A stretch of 63,977 bases of DNA, counting the filler, from an uncultured Acidimicrobiia bacterium (GTDB lineage: Bacteria; Actinomycetota; Acidimicrobiia; Spongiisociales; JAOTWH01): NCBI GenBank assembly GCA_964347285.1. It is 7 parts of 7 records of this genome, joined end to end, with 100 filler letters (N's around TTAATTAATTAA, not from the genome) between each part and the next. Parts side by side here need not be neighbours in the genome. Positions count along the whole stretch, not along the records: positions 1 to 10,759 come from CAYFYE010000087.1; 6 more parts are not named here. One strand, given 5' to 3'. The translations under genes and the position numbers were made by a program. The notes below the pieces were generated by a model that saw nothing but the letters and a program-made list of their open reading frames with translations, was not told the DNA's origin and did not search any database. Below are positions 1 through 10,034 of this stretch, piece after piece (positions within the stretch are counted from its first letter, which is position 1; each line of letters opens with the position of its first letter).

Positions 1-454
1 CCAGCATCGCCCCTCCGCTGACCATGGCCCCCTTGGCGAAGATGCGGTCCAGCTCACCGTCGTAGTCGGTCGCCTTCAGGGCATCGACGAGCCAGGCTTC
101 CACCGCCCCCGAGTAGAAGGTGAACCCCAGGCCGAGGAAGATCGAGACCACCGAGAAGGCCACCACCCCGGCCTCGATCTGGGCCAGGCCCAGATAGAGG
201 AGGGTGCCGGCGGCCAGCACCACCGTGCTGAGCAGGAACGAGACCCGCCGCCCGGCGGTATCGGCCAGCACCCCGGTGGGGATCTCGAAGATCACCATGC
301 CGGCCGTGAAGAAGGCGTTGGCGATGAAGACCTCCATGATGTCGAGGCCGGCGTCCAGCAAGAACAGGGTGTTGACCCCCCAGATCACCGAGGCCGACAG
401 GGTGTAGAGGCCGGCAATGGTCAGGTAGCCGCGGACGACCCGCTGCGACGTCAT
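1..454 (-). CDS. MFS transporter (partial, runs off window start)
   Basis: Read manually: ATG at 454 with GGAGG upstream; MTSQRVVRGYLTIAGLYTLSASVIWGVNTLFLLDAGL...FEIPTGVLADTAGRRVSF contains MFS motif A. Not in the ORF track. Confidence 0.85.
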   Translation of the reverse strand, partial: MTSQRVVRGYLTIAGLYTLSASVIWGVNTLFLLDAGLDIMEVFIANAFFTAGMVIFEIPTGVLADTAGRRVSFLLSTVVLAAGTLLYLGLAQIEAGVVAFSVVSIFLGLGFTFYSGAVEAWLVDALKATDYDGELDRIFAKGAMVSGGAML

Positions 455-668
455 GGTCCTCCCTGGGGCGACACCCTACCCGCTCGGCCCGGCGGCGAGC
501 GGTTGGCGACGGCTACGTGGCGGCGGGCAGCTCCGACCGGTGCGACGAGCGGCGGCACGACCACTCAACGTGAGAAGCGCCGCCTGCTGCCGACAGCACC
601 GCGGGGAAGCACAGATGAATCGAACGACGCGCCGCACCGCCCGAAACACGGTCGCAGGAAGCGAAAAG

Positions 669-706
669 GTCGCGAAAAAGACTTCCTAAGTCGCGAAAAG
701 ATTTCC
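669..706. promoter_or_regulatory. Imperfect direct repeat, 21-bp period, candidate operator
   Basis: GTCGCGAAAAAGACTTCC (669-686) and GTCGCGAAAAGATTTCC (690-706) in the divergent intergenic region. Confidence 0.3.
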
Positions 707-818
707 ACAGGATGGGGCCGGTGAGACCACTTTGGGTGGGTAGGTTCGGGTGGGTGAGCAGTCCGGTGCTCCTCAGAGGGCCATTGGGAACCACGTTCCC
801 AGGAGGTTCAAGAGAGAT

Positions 819-3581
819 ATGAAAAAGTGGCCAATTGTTCTTACCCTGCTTTTCCTATTGCCTCTCTTGCTGTTGGCCCGATCTGGGCCTACCTCAGCCG
901 TCACCGGCGACCCGCTCATCAACGAGATCCAGGTCAGCACTACCGGTACGGACTGGGAGTTCTTCGAGCTGCAAGGCGCTCCAGGTACGGATCTCTCCAG
1001 CCTGACCCTGGTGGGCATCGAGAGCGACTTCGGCCCCAGCGCCGGGACCATCGATCTGGTGATCGGCCTAGCTGGCCAGAGCATCCCTGCGGATGGTTTC
1101 TGGCTGGGAATCAGCCCCGCCGGTGTAGCCACCTACGGGGTTACCGGCCAACTCGCCATCGCCGACAACAGCTTCGAGAATTCGACGGCAACCTACTTCC
1201 TGGTCTCTGGGTTTACTGGCTCACAGGGTACGGACCTGGATGGAGACAATGACGGTGTCCTGGACAGCACCCCCTGGGGTTTTGTGTCCGATTCGATCAA
1301 CATTCGCGATGCAGGTGCCAGTGACTTCGACTATGGCGCGCTCTCGGTGGGTCCAGACGGTTCCTTCCTGCCCTCAGGCACCTATCGCTGCCCCGACGCT
1401 CCTGATGGGACCTTCACCAATATCCACAACTTCTCTACACCGGATGGCACACCCGGTGTAACCAACGGTTGTGGCGGCCCTCCGCCCGCCGAAGCGTGTG
1501 GCGACGATTTCACCCCCGTCTACACGATCCAGGGCAGCGGCCTCGCCAGCCCGCTGGACGGCAGTGAAGTGTCCACCGAAGGCGTGGTGGTGGGCGACTT
1601 CCAGGATGGCAAGAGCGGTTTCTTCATCCAGGATGCCACTGGTGATGGCGACACCACCACGTCGGACGGTATCTTTGTCTTCAGTACCAGCCCGGACGTC
1701 AACATGGGCGACCTCGTGCGCGTGCGTGGTACGGTCGATGAATTCTTCGGTCTGACCGAGATCACCAGCGTGAGCCAGGTTTGGTTCTGCTCGAGCGGGA
1801 ACAGCGTGGCGCCGACGGCGTTGTCCCTGCCGGTGGAAAGCCTGGATGACTTCGAACCGTATGAAGGCATGCTGGTCACGTTGCCGCAGACGCTGTATAT
1901 CTCCGAGTTCTTCAACTTCGACCGCTTTGGCGAGATCGTGCTCACCACCGAGCGCCAGTTCCAGCCGACAGCGACCTACGAGCCCGGCTCACCCGAGGCG
2001 GCCACTCTCGCCCTGGCGAACTCGCTCAGCCGCATCACCCTCGACGATGGGCGCGGCTCGTCGAACCCCGACCCGGCCATCCACCCCAACGGCAGCATCT
2101 TCGACCTGGATAACCTGTTCCGCGGCGGCGATACGGTCCAGAATGTGACCGGCGCGCTGGATTACAACTTCGGTCTGTACAAGGTGCAGCCCACCCAGGG
2201 CGCGGATTACACCAGCGCCAACCCGCGTACGGATGCACCCGATGATGTGGGTGGAAACTTGAAGGTGGCTTCCTTCAATGTGCTCAACTACTTCACCACC
2301 ATTGACGATGGTGGCCCGATATGTGGCCCGCTGCAAGATCAGGGCTGCCGCGGCGCGGATACCCCCGAAGAGTTCACCCGCCAGCGCGACAAGATCATCG
2401 CTGCCCTGGCTGCCATCGACGCGGATGTGGTTGGCTTGATCGAGATCGAGAATCATCCTGGCGACGTACCCACCGCCGACCTGGTGAGTGGCCTGAACGC
2501 TGTCATGGGACCTGGGACCTATGAGTACATCGCCACTGGCGCCATCGGTTCCGACGCCATCCGCCAGGCCCTGATCTACAAGCCCGCCGCGGTATCACCG
2601 ATGGGAGCGTATGCCATCCTCGATTCCTCGGTGGACCCGCGCTTCCTCGACGATTACAACCGCCCGGTGTTGGCACAGACCTTCCAGGACGACGCCACCG
2701 GTGGCATCTTCACCGTGGCTGTAAATCACCTGAAATCCAAGGGCTCTCCCTGCGATGACATCGGCGACCCCGACACCGGAGATGGCTCGGGCAACTGCAA
2801 CCTGACCCGCAAAGCGGCCGCCGAGGCACTGGTGGACTGGCTGGCCTCTGACCCCACCAACAGCGGCGACGGCGACGTCCTGATCGTCGGTGACTTGAAC
2901 TCCTACGACAAGGAAGACCCCATTGACGTTCTCGTGGGCGGTGGTTACACCGACCTGCTCTTCAACTACGGTGGTGAATTTGCCTACTCCTACGTCTTCG
3001 ACGGGCAGCTCGGCTACCTGGACTACGGCATGGCTAACCAGGATCTAATGCCTGAAGTCACCGGTGTGACAGCCTGGCATATCAACGCTGACGAGCCTGA
3101 CCTGATCGATTACGACATGACCTTCAAGAAGGATGCCCAGGATGCGATCTACGCGCCAGATGCCTATCGCTCGTCCGACCACGACCCGGTGATTGTGGGG
3201 CTAGACGTCTGTGACGAGGTGGCGCCGACGCTGGACGTATCGGTCACACCAGATATGCTCTGGCCGCCCAACCACAAATATGTGACGGTGGTCCCGACGA
3301 TTACCGTCAACGATGACTTTGACCCGAATCCGGTGGTGACCCTGGTTTCCGTGGTGTCCAACGAGCCGGATGATGGTCTCGGCGACGGCGACACGCCCGA
3401 CGACATCGTCATCAACCCGGACGGCACCTTCAGCCTGCGGGCCGAGCGCTCCGGCACGGGTAACGGACGCATTTACACCATCACCTACGAAGCCACCGAC
3501 GCTTGTGGTAATAGCACCCAGGCGACGGCCACGGTGACCGTACCGCATAGCCAACCGAGCCGACAATTGGGCGGTGGATAG
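819..3581 (+). CDS. ExeM/NucH-family extracellular endonuclease
   Basis: Signal peptide; lamin-tail-like INEI region; OB-fold (IQGSGLASPL...EGVVVGDFQ...GFFIQD); EEP domain (VASFNVLNYF, NHLKSKG, GDLNSY, SSDHDPV); AGGAGG at 801-806, ATG at 819. Confidence 0.92.
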   Translation: MKKWPIVLTLLFLLPLLLLARSGPTSAVTGDPLINEIQVSTTGTDWEFFELQGAPGTDLSSLTLVGIESDFGPSAGTIDLVIGLAGQSIPADGFWLGISPAGVATYGVTGQLAIADNSFENSTATYFLVSGFTGSQGTDLDGDNDGVLDSTPWGFVSDSINIRDAGASDFDYGALSVGPDGSFLPSGTYRCPDAPDGTFTNIHNFSTPDGTPGVTNGCGGPPPAEACGDDFTPVYTIQGSGLASPLDGSEVSTEGVVVGDFQDGKSGFFIQDATGDGDTTTSDGIFVFSTSPDVNMGDLVRVRGTVDEFFGLTEITSVSQVWFCSSGNSVAPTALSLPVESLDDFEPYEGMLVTLPQTLYISEFFNFDRFGEIVLTTERQFQPTATYEPGSPEAATLALANSLSRITLDDGRGSSNPDPAIHPNGSIFDLDNLFRGGDTVQNVTGALDYNFGLYKVQPTQGADYTSANPRTDAPDDVGGNLKVASFNVLNYFTTIDDGGPICGPLQDQGCRGADTPEEFTRQRDKIIAALAAIDADVVGLIEIENHPGDVPTADLVSGLNAVMGPGTYEYIATGAIGSDAIRQALIYKPAAVSPMGAYAILDSSVDPRFLDDYNRPVLAQTFQDDATGGIFTVAVNHLKSKGSPCDDIGDPDTGDGSGNCNLTRKAAAEALVDWLASDPTNSGDGDVLIVGDLNSYDKEDPIDVLVGGGYTDLLFNYGGEFAYSYVFDGQLGYLDYGMANQDLMPEVTGVTAWHINADEPDLIDYDMTFKKDAQDAIYAPDAYRSSDHDPVIVGLDVCDEVAPTLDVSVTPDMLWPPNHKYVTVVPTITVNDDFDPNPVVTLVSVVSNEPDDGLGDGDTPDDIVINPDGTFSLRAERSGTGNGRIYTITYEATDACGNSTQATATVTVPHSQPSRQLGGG

Positions 3582-4047
3582 GCGTTTCGCTGTGGCCTTC
3601 GAAGGCGCGTCGCGGATACCCTACGGCGCGGACACGGACACCGCCGGTGACTGGTCGGTCAACGACTTCGACGGGTTCGGGTTCCCCGGCTTCCCCGGCT
3701 TGCCGGCCGTGGGCGAGCCGGAAAACACGCCCGGCGCGGTCAATGCTGACATCACCGTCGAGACCGACCCGCTCGGCGAGTGCGGCGACCAGGCGACTCT
3801 GATCCACGACATGCAGGGCAAGGGACTCGCCAGTCCCGACGTCGGAGCGATCCGTGAGGTCGAAGGCATCGTGGTCGGCGATTTCGAGACGTCGGCCGGA
3901 GGCTTCTTCCTCGCCGACGTCACGACGATGGTCGGGGTCACCGATGCCGCGGTCACCTACGAGGTGACCGACGGCTGCGGCAACGCCACGGTGGCTTCGG
4001 CAGAGGTGGCGGTGCCGATGAGCCAGGGTCAGGGGAAGAACGAATGA
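3574..4047 (+). pseudogene. Internally deleted relic of a second ExeM/NucH-like gene
   Basis: ECGDQATLIHDMQGKGLASPDVGAIREVEGIVVGDFE...GFFL matches the upstream gene's OB-fold start; it is joined to TYEVTDGCGNATVASAEVAVPMSQ, matching the upstream C-terminus. Confidence 0.7.
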
Positions 4048-4080
4048 GGAACGGAATGGCGAAAGGAAGGTAATCAACCC

Positions 4081-5330
4081 ATGAAGAACCGAACGCTAGC
4101 CCTCGGCCTGGCCGTGGGACTCGCCCTGGCGCTGCTCCCGGCAGTAGCCACCGCCAAGCCCGACGACGCGGGTCCCCCGCCGACGGTCCGGTTCGCTACG
4201 TTCAACGCGTCGCTGAACCGGAACTTCGACGGCCAGCTGGCGATCGATCTCGGGGCACCGGGCGACGGACAGGCCGAGATCATCGCCGAGATCATCCAGC
4301 GGGTCCGGCCCGAGGTGCTGTTGATCAACGAGTTTGACTACGACGCAGGCAACGTCGCGCTGGACGGCTTCCAGGACTTCTACCTGTCGGAGGCCCAGGC
4401 GCCGGACGTCGATCCGATCGAGTACCCCTATCGGTTTGCCGCGCCCTCGAACACGGGCATCCACTCCGGCTTCGACCTGGACAACAACACCGTCATCGAC
4501 CCGGTGCCGGCGCCCTTCAACTTCAACTACGCCAACGACGCGTTCGGCTTCGGCTGGTTCCCGGGGCAGTTCGGCATGGCTGTCTACTCGATGCACCCGA
4601 TCGACGTGGACAACATCCGCACCTTCCAGCTCTTCCTGTGGAAGGACATGCCTGGGGCGTTGCTGCCCGACGACCCCGACACGGCGGCGCCGGCCGACTG
4701 GTACTCGCCGGAGGAGCTCGACGTGTTCCGGCTCTCCTCCAAGAGCCACTGGGACGTCCCCATCGATATTGCCGGCCGGACCGTGCACTTCCTGGTGAGC
4801 CATCCGACGCCGCCGGTGTTCGACGGGCCGGAGGACCGCAACGGCACCCGCAACCACGACGAGATCAGGTTCTGGGCCGATTACATCCACCCGGCCCGCA
4901 GCGGCTACATCTACGACGACGACGGCAACTTCGGCGGCCTGCACGCCTCCGACCGCTTCGTCATCGCCGGTGACCAGAACTCGGACCCCCTCGACGGGGA
5001 CAGCATCCCCGGCTCGATCCAGCAGCTGCTGGATCACCCCAAGGTGAACGACAAGTCGACGCCGTCCAGCCCGGGAGGTCCGCAGCAGGCGGCGCTCCAG
5101 GGTGGTGCCAACGAGACCCATTTGAGCGATCCCGCCTTCGACACGGCCGACTTCAGCGACTTCGCCCCCGGCAACCTGAGGGCCGACTACGTGCTGCCCA
5201 AGAACAACATGCAGATCATGGACTCCGGGGTGTTCTGGCCCCTGAGCACCGATCCGTTGTTCCCGCTGGTCGGTACGTTCCCGTTCCCCAGCTCGGACCA
5301 CCGGCTGGTGTGGATCGACGTGCGCGTCAA
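4081..5330 (+). CDS. Secreted endonuclease/exonuclease/phosphatase (EEP) family protein; stop lies in the N gap
   Basis: Signal peptide; RFATFNASLNR, LLINEFDYD, SHPTPPVFDGPEDRNG, AGDQNSD, SSDHRLVW motifs. Confidence 0.88.
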
Positions 5331-5355
5331 NNNNNNNNNNNNNNNNNNNNNNGGG

Positions 5356-5395
5356 GCCCGCTCTCTTCGTAGTGCCCGCTCTCTTCGTAGTGCCC
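5356..5395. repeat. 18-bp tandem repeat abutting the scaffold gap
   Basis: GCCCGCTCTCTTCGTAGT x2 plus GCCC directly after the N run 5331-5352. Confidence 0.8.
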
Positions 5396-5473
5396 CGGTC
5401 CATCCGCCCGGCGTCGCGCCGCCCCGTCCTGAGCCTCCCGGGGGCGACACCCGACCCGCTACCGTCGGGCGGC

Positions 5474-6310
5474 ATGCGTGGCCTCGCCCCCGTCCTCGCC
5501 GTGGTGCTGGCGGCGGCCGCCTGCAACGGAGCCGGCCCGGCCGCCCCGGAAGCGACGACCGGAGGGAGCGAGGAGACCCGGGTGGTCGGGGTCGCCGACG
5601 GGGATTCGATCGTCGTCGAGCTCGACGGGGAGCAACAGGAGGTCCGCCTTTTGGGCATCAACGCCCCCGAGCTCGACGAGTGCCTGGGCCCCGAGGCTCG
5701 TGATCGCATCGGCGGGATCCTGGAGGGCACGACGGTGACGCTGGTGGCCGGCCCCGAGGATCGCGACCAGTTCTCCCGGCTGCTGCGCTACCTGGAGCTG
5801 GACGGCGCCGACGTCAACCGGGCCGCCCTGGCCGCCGGGATGGCCCTGGCGCTGTCGGAGGACCATCCCCGCCGGGAGGGCTACTGGGCCGCCGAGGTCG
5901 GCGCCGTCGCCGACCGGGCCGGGATGTGGTCGCCGGCCGCCTGCGGCCGGCCCCCTCCCCCGGCGGTGGGCATCGCCGCCGTGGAGTGGGACCCGCCCGG
6001 TCCCGATGCCGAGGACCTCTACGGCGAGCTGGTCGAGATCGGCAACGAGGGGGACGGGCCCGTCGACCTGGGGGGCTGGACGCTGCGGGACGAGTCCACC
6101 CGCTGGCGCTACCGATTCCCGGCCGGCTTCTCCCTCGGACCCGGTGGGCGGGTGGTGGTCCGCACCGGCTGCGGGGAGGACGACGCGACCGAGCTGTTCT
6201 GGTGCGCCGGGGATGCGGTGTGGAGCAACGGGGGCGACACCGCCCTGCTGCTCGACGGCAACGGCAACCTGGCCGACCGGTGGGTGTACGGCCCCAAGGC
6301 CGAGTCCTAG
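5474..6310 (+). CDS. Thermonuclease (SNase) + lamin-tail domain lipoprotein
   Basis: Lipobox LAAAAC; VADGDSI, VRLLGINAPE, DQFSRLLRY SNase motifs; C-terminal ELVEIGN...VDLGGWTLRD...VWSNGGDTALL lamin-tail domain. Confidence 0.88.
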   Translation: MRGLAPVLAVVLAAAACNGAGPAAPEATTGGSEETRVVGVADGDSIVVELDGEQQEVRLLGINAPELDECLGPEARDRIGGILEGTTVTLVAGPEDRDQFSRLLRYLELDGADVNRAALAAGMALALSEDHPRREGYWAAEVGAVADRAGMWSPAACGRPPPPAVGIAAVEWDPPGPDAEDLYGELVEIGNEGDGPVDLGGWTLRDESTRWRYRFPAGFSLGPGGRVVVRTGCGEDDATELFWCAGDAVWSNGGDTALLLDGNGNLADRWVYGPKAES

Positions 6311-6570
6311 CCGGCTGCGGCGGTCGACGGCGCCAGCCCTTCGCCCGGCCGTGCCACGCCCCACGGGCGACCCCACCCGAATGCCTCTCCGGCACCGGAT
6401 GCCGGGGAGCGCCGGAACATCGCCTCCAGGTGGTCGCCGACCGCTGAATCAGAGAACCACAAGGAGAGCGCCGGGAACTGGGCAAGGGCACCGGAACCCA
6501 GCGCCCACCAGCGTCGAGAGTCGCCGCCCACACCACCGCTACCGGTGACGGAGGCCTGCGATCCCCGGCG

Positions 6571-7794
6571 CTAGAGCTCTCTCTCCGCCAGCTCCCGGAA
6601 GTCGTCGGGCACGGAACGTCGTCCGAACGCCACGGCGCCGGTGTCGACGGCGTGCTTGCCGAAACGCTTGCGGGCTGCGTCGATGGCCTTGTCGAGCTCC
6701 CAGGCGGCAACGGCTCTCGAGGAGCCGACGCCCCCGCCCGGCGGCAGTTCCAGCTGGAGGGCGACGCCATCGCGAAGCCCCGAGATCGAGATGCCGAGCA
6801 GCGTGATCTCGGTGAGAGCTTCCTCGGCGATGGCCTGCTGCGCCAGCTCCAGTGCCACCCGATAGATGGCGTCACTGGCGGCGATGGCCGAGCCCAGCGT
6901 GCGGCGGCGCGATATCGATGATCGGTCGGGCTTGCGCACCCGAACCGTGACGGTGCGCCCGGCCTTGTCCTTGTCGCGAAGTCGGGTTCCGATGCGGTCT
7001 GCGAGGCGCCGCAAGGTCTGGCTGACGATCGCCTTGGTCGGAGCCTGGCGCTGCAGGGCACTCTGAGCTCCGACGGAGCCGGCGCGCCGGTGGCGCTGCA
7101 CCGGCCGGGGATCACGGTTCCACGCCAGGTCGTGCAGATGCTCGCCGGCCCACTCGCCCAGGTAGCGTTGCAGTGACGATGGGTGGGCCGCGGCGAGCTG
7201 GCCCACGGTGTGGATGCCCCGGTCGGCCAGCTTGGCCTTGGTCGCCGGCCCGACCCCCCACAGCAACTCGACCGGCAGAGGGTGGAGGAAGGCGGTTTCC
7301 TCGTCGGGCTGGACGACTATCAAGCCATCGGGCTTGGCCACCTGGGAGCCCACCTTGGCGAGGAACTTCGTCCGGGCGACGCCGATCGACAGCGGCAACC
7401 TGGTCTCCGTCCGCACCCGGCGCTGGAGGTGCGCCGCCATCTCGGCTGATGGGCCCAGCAGGTGGACGGACCCCGACACGTCGAGCCAAGCCTCGTCGAT
7501 CGAGATTCGCTCGACCTGGGGCGTGAAGTCCTCGCAGATGGCGAACACCTCGTCGCTGAGGCGCTGGTACTCGGAGAAGTGGCCCTCGACGGAGATGATC
7601 TTGGGGCACAGCAGCCGGGCCTGGCGCAGCGGCATGCCCGACTGCACCCCGTAGCGCTTGGCTTCGTACGATGAGGCCAGCACCACCCCGCCGCCGACGG
7701 CGATGGGCTTGCCCTCGAGATCGGGATTGAGCAGCTGCTCGACGGATGCGTAGAAGGCGTCGAGGTCGACGTGCATGATGTCCGCCCGCGCCAT
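6571..7794 (-). CDS. dinB: DNA polymerase IV
   Basis: MHVDLDAFYASVEQ, ASSYEAK, SIDEAWLD, LAKVGSQVAKPDG motifs. Confidence 0.95.
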   Translation of the reverse strand: MARADIMHVDLDAFYASVEQLLNPDLEGKPIAVGGGVVLASSYEAKRYGVQSGMPLRQARLLCPKIISVEGHFSEYQRLSDEVFAICEDFTPQVERISIDEAWLDVSGSVHLLGPSAEMAAHLQRRVRTETRLPLSIGVARTKFLAKVGSQVAKPDGLIVVQPDEETAFLHPLPVELLWGVGPATKAKLADRGIHTVGQLAAAHPSSLQRYLGEWAGEHLHDLAWNRDPRPVQRHRRAGSVGAQSALQRQAPTKAIVSQTLRRLADRIGTRLRDKDKAGRTVTVRVRKPDRSSISRRRTLGSAIAASDAIYRVALELAQQAIAEEALTEITLLGISISGLRDGVALQLELPPGGGVGSSRAVAAWELDKAIDAARKRFGKHAVDTGAVAFGRRSVPDDFRELAEREL

Positions 7795-7915
7795 GGGCTC
7801 ATTGTGGCATGGGGGTATGACGGATCTCTCGGGGTCTCGTGACGACGGGGCGCAGAAGCGCAGCCGGGCCGCTCATCAGCCTCGGGAGCGGCCCGCTGCA
7901 ACCATGGCGGTGCGG

Positions 7916-8218
7916 CTACATGTCGATGGCTTCGTAGACCATCACCGATCCACCGCTCTCGTGGATCGGGCAGTCCTTGGCCGCGGCGGTGGCGGCGTCG
8001 AGGTCATCGGCCATGAGGAGGCTGTAGCCGCTGAGGCCCGATCCCTCGGTGCTGTCGGTCGTGCTCCTGGACTCCCCGAACGGGTTCCCGCCGTCGACGA
8101 GTGCCTCGCCGAGGCTGCCCATCCAGGACTGCCAGGCCGCCATGACCTTGGCGACGTCCTCCTCGGACATGTCCTCCGGCTGGGCGCCCCCGGTGTAGGC
8201 GAGCAGGTACTTGGGCAT
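7916..8218 (-). CDS. YciI/YCII-related protein
   Basis: MPKYLLAY...WQSW...LVDGGNPF...LSGYSLLMADDLDAA...CP pattern; GAAAGGAG RBS. Confidence 0.75.
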   Translation of the reverse strand: MPKYLLAYTGGAQPEDMSEEDVAKVMAAWQSWMGSLGEALVDGGNPFGESRSTTDSTEGSGLSGYSLLMADDLDAATAAAKDCPIHESGGSVMVYEAIDM

Positions 8219-8406
8219 CGACTCGGCTCCTTTCGTGTTGCCAGAGGCGAACCTAGACGACTACCTGTGTTGTGTGCACGAGGACGGTGTCAGCTCGGTA
8301 CGCGGCTGGAAGCCCGCAGCCCTCAGGGTCCGAACCGGTCCAGCAGCTCACAGGAGGGCGGTCCGGCTCGAGCCGCCCCCGGCTCGCTCCCGTTCGGTCC
8401 CCGGCC

Positions 8407-9954
8407 TCACAGCTGCTCGGCCACCGTCTTCATCTCCATGAAGAGGCGCAGGTAGTCGGGCCCGCCGGCCTTGGCGTTCGAGCCCGACATGTTGAAGCCG
8501 CCGAAGGGCTGCACCCCCACCATCGCCCCGGTGATCTTGCGGTTCAGATACAGGTTGCCGACGTGCAGGCGCCGGCGGGACTCGTCGAGGCGGGCCCGAT
8601 CGGTCGAATACAGCCCGCCGGTGAGCCCGTACTCGGTGCCGTTGAAGATCGACACCGCCTCCTCGTAGTCGGCGGCTCGGATCACCGAGAGCACCGGGCC
8701 GAAGATCTCGTGGTTGGCGAGGCGGGCATCGGGCGGCACCTCGGCGAAGATCGTCGGCTGGATGTAGTAGCCGCCGTCGCGGTCGACGGCGCTGCCCCCC
8801 TGGACGAGCTTGGCCTGGCTCTTCCCGCGATCGATCTCGTCGAGGATCATCCGGTGCTGGGCGGCGGTGATCACCGCATTCACCGGGTAGTTCTCGGGGG
8901 CCGGACCCACCTCCAGCTCGGCGGCCCGGGCCACCACCCGCTCCAGCACGGCGTCGTGGACGGCGTCGACGGCGATGAGCCGGGAACAGGCCGAGCACTT
9001 CTGGCCCTGGAACCCGTAGGCGCTCCTGACGACGCCCTCGGCGGCGGCGTCCAGATCGGCCGTCTCGTCGACGATGATGGCGTCCTTGCCCCCCATCTCC
9101 ATGTAGGCCCGTTTCAGCCAGATCTGGCCGGGCCCGACCAGCGCCGATCGCTCGGCGATGCGCAGCCCCACCTCCTTGGACCCGGTGAAGTTGATGAAAC
9201 GGGTCCGGGGGTGGTCGACCAATACGTCGCCCACCTCGGCGCCCGATCCGGGCAGGAAGTTGACCACCCCGGGAGGGATCCCGGCATCCTCCACCACCTT
9301 CATGAACTGGTAGGCGACCACCGGGGTGGCCGAGGCCGGCTTGATCACCACCGTGTTGCCGGCCGCCACCGGGCCCATGGCCATGCCGATCGGGATGGCC
9401 AGCGGGAAGTTCCACGGCGGTATCACCGCCCCCGCCCCCAGCGGCTGGAGGAACGACTGGTTGCTCTCCCCCGGCCAGTCGTAGGTCGGCACCGGCTCGG
9501 CCAGCCGGACCGCCTGGCGGGCGTAGTAGTCGCAGAAGTCGATGGCCTCGGCCACGTCGGCCTCGGCCTCGGCCCAGTTCTTGGCGGCCTCGAAGGTCTC
9601 CCAGGCGGCCAGCTCGAATTTGCGCTCCCGCATGATGTCGCCCACTTTGGCCACCTTCTCGGCCCGCTCCTCGGCCGACCGGGCCGACCAGCCGGGGAAG
9701 GCATCCCAGGCGGCGGCGAGGGCCTGCTCGGCCTGGTCCGGGGTGGCGGTGGCGGCGGTGCCCACCACCTCGTCGGGCTTGCCGGGGTTGACGCTCTCGA
9801 TGCGGGCCGGGCCGTCCACCTCCTCTCCGCCGATCACCAGCGGGGCGTGGGTGCCGAGCTGGGCGCTCACCCCGTTGAGCGCCAGCTGGTAGGCGGCCTC
9901 GGCGGCCGGGTCGGAGAAGTCGGAGTAGGGCTCGTTCTGGAACTCGTCGGACAT
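8407..9954 (-). CDS. pruA: L-glutamate gamma-semialdehyde (P5C) dehydrogenase
   Basis: FQNEP start, EAIDFCDYY, IPPWNFP, FTGSKEVG, EMGGKD, GFQGQKCSACSR, EIFGPV, KAGGPDYL. Confidence 0.92.
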   Translation of the reverse strand: MSDEFQNEPYSDFSDPAAEAAYQLALNGVSAQLGTHAPLVIGGEEVDGPARIESVNPGKPDEVVGTAATATPDQAEQALAAAWDAFPGWSARSAEERAEKVAKVGDIMRERKFELAAWETFEAAKNWAEAEADVAEAIDFCDYYARQAVRLAEPVPTYDWPGESNQSFLQPLGAGAVIPPWNFPLAIPIGMAMGPVAAGNTVVIKPASATPVVAYQFMKVVEDAGIPPGVVNFLPGSGAEVGDVLVDHPRTRFINFTGSKEVGLRIAERSALVGPGQIWLKRAYMEMGGKDAIIVDETADLDAAAEGVVRSAYGFQGQKCSACSRLIAVDAVHDAVLERVVARAAELEVGPAPENYPVNAVITAAQHRMILDEIDRGKSQAKLVQGGSAVDRDGGYYIQPTIFAEVPPDARLANHEIFGPVLSVIRAADYEEAVSIFNGTEYGLTGGLYSTDRARLDESRRRLHVGNLYLNRKITGAMVGVQPFGGFNMSGSNAKAGGPDYLRLFMEMKTVAEQL

Positions 9955-10034
9955 GGGACCTCCTTCGGCCCCAAGTATGCCGGGTCCCGCCCCCCGGCGG
10001 CCCGGTAGGGTGAGGCGATGCAGGAGGAGGCTCC

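Noticed and set aside
5356..5395. 18-bp repeat beside a gap as a possible CRISPR remnant
   Set aside because: Copies are directly adjacent with no spacers and there are no cas genes; it is a simple tandem repeat. The same applies to 21843-21893.
4081..5703. 540-aa ORF read through the N gap as a fusion
   Set aside because: The EEP domain ends at SSDHRLVWIDVRV just before the gap; the extension overlaps the thermonuclease gene in another frame.
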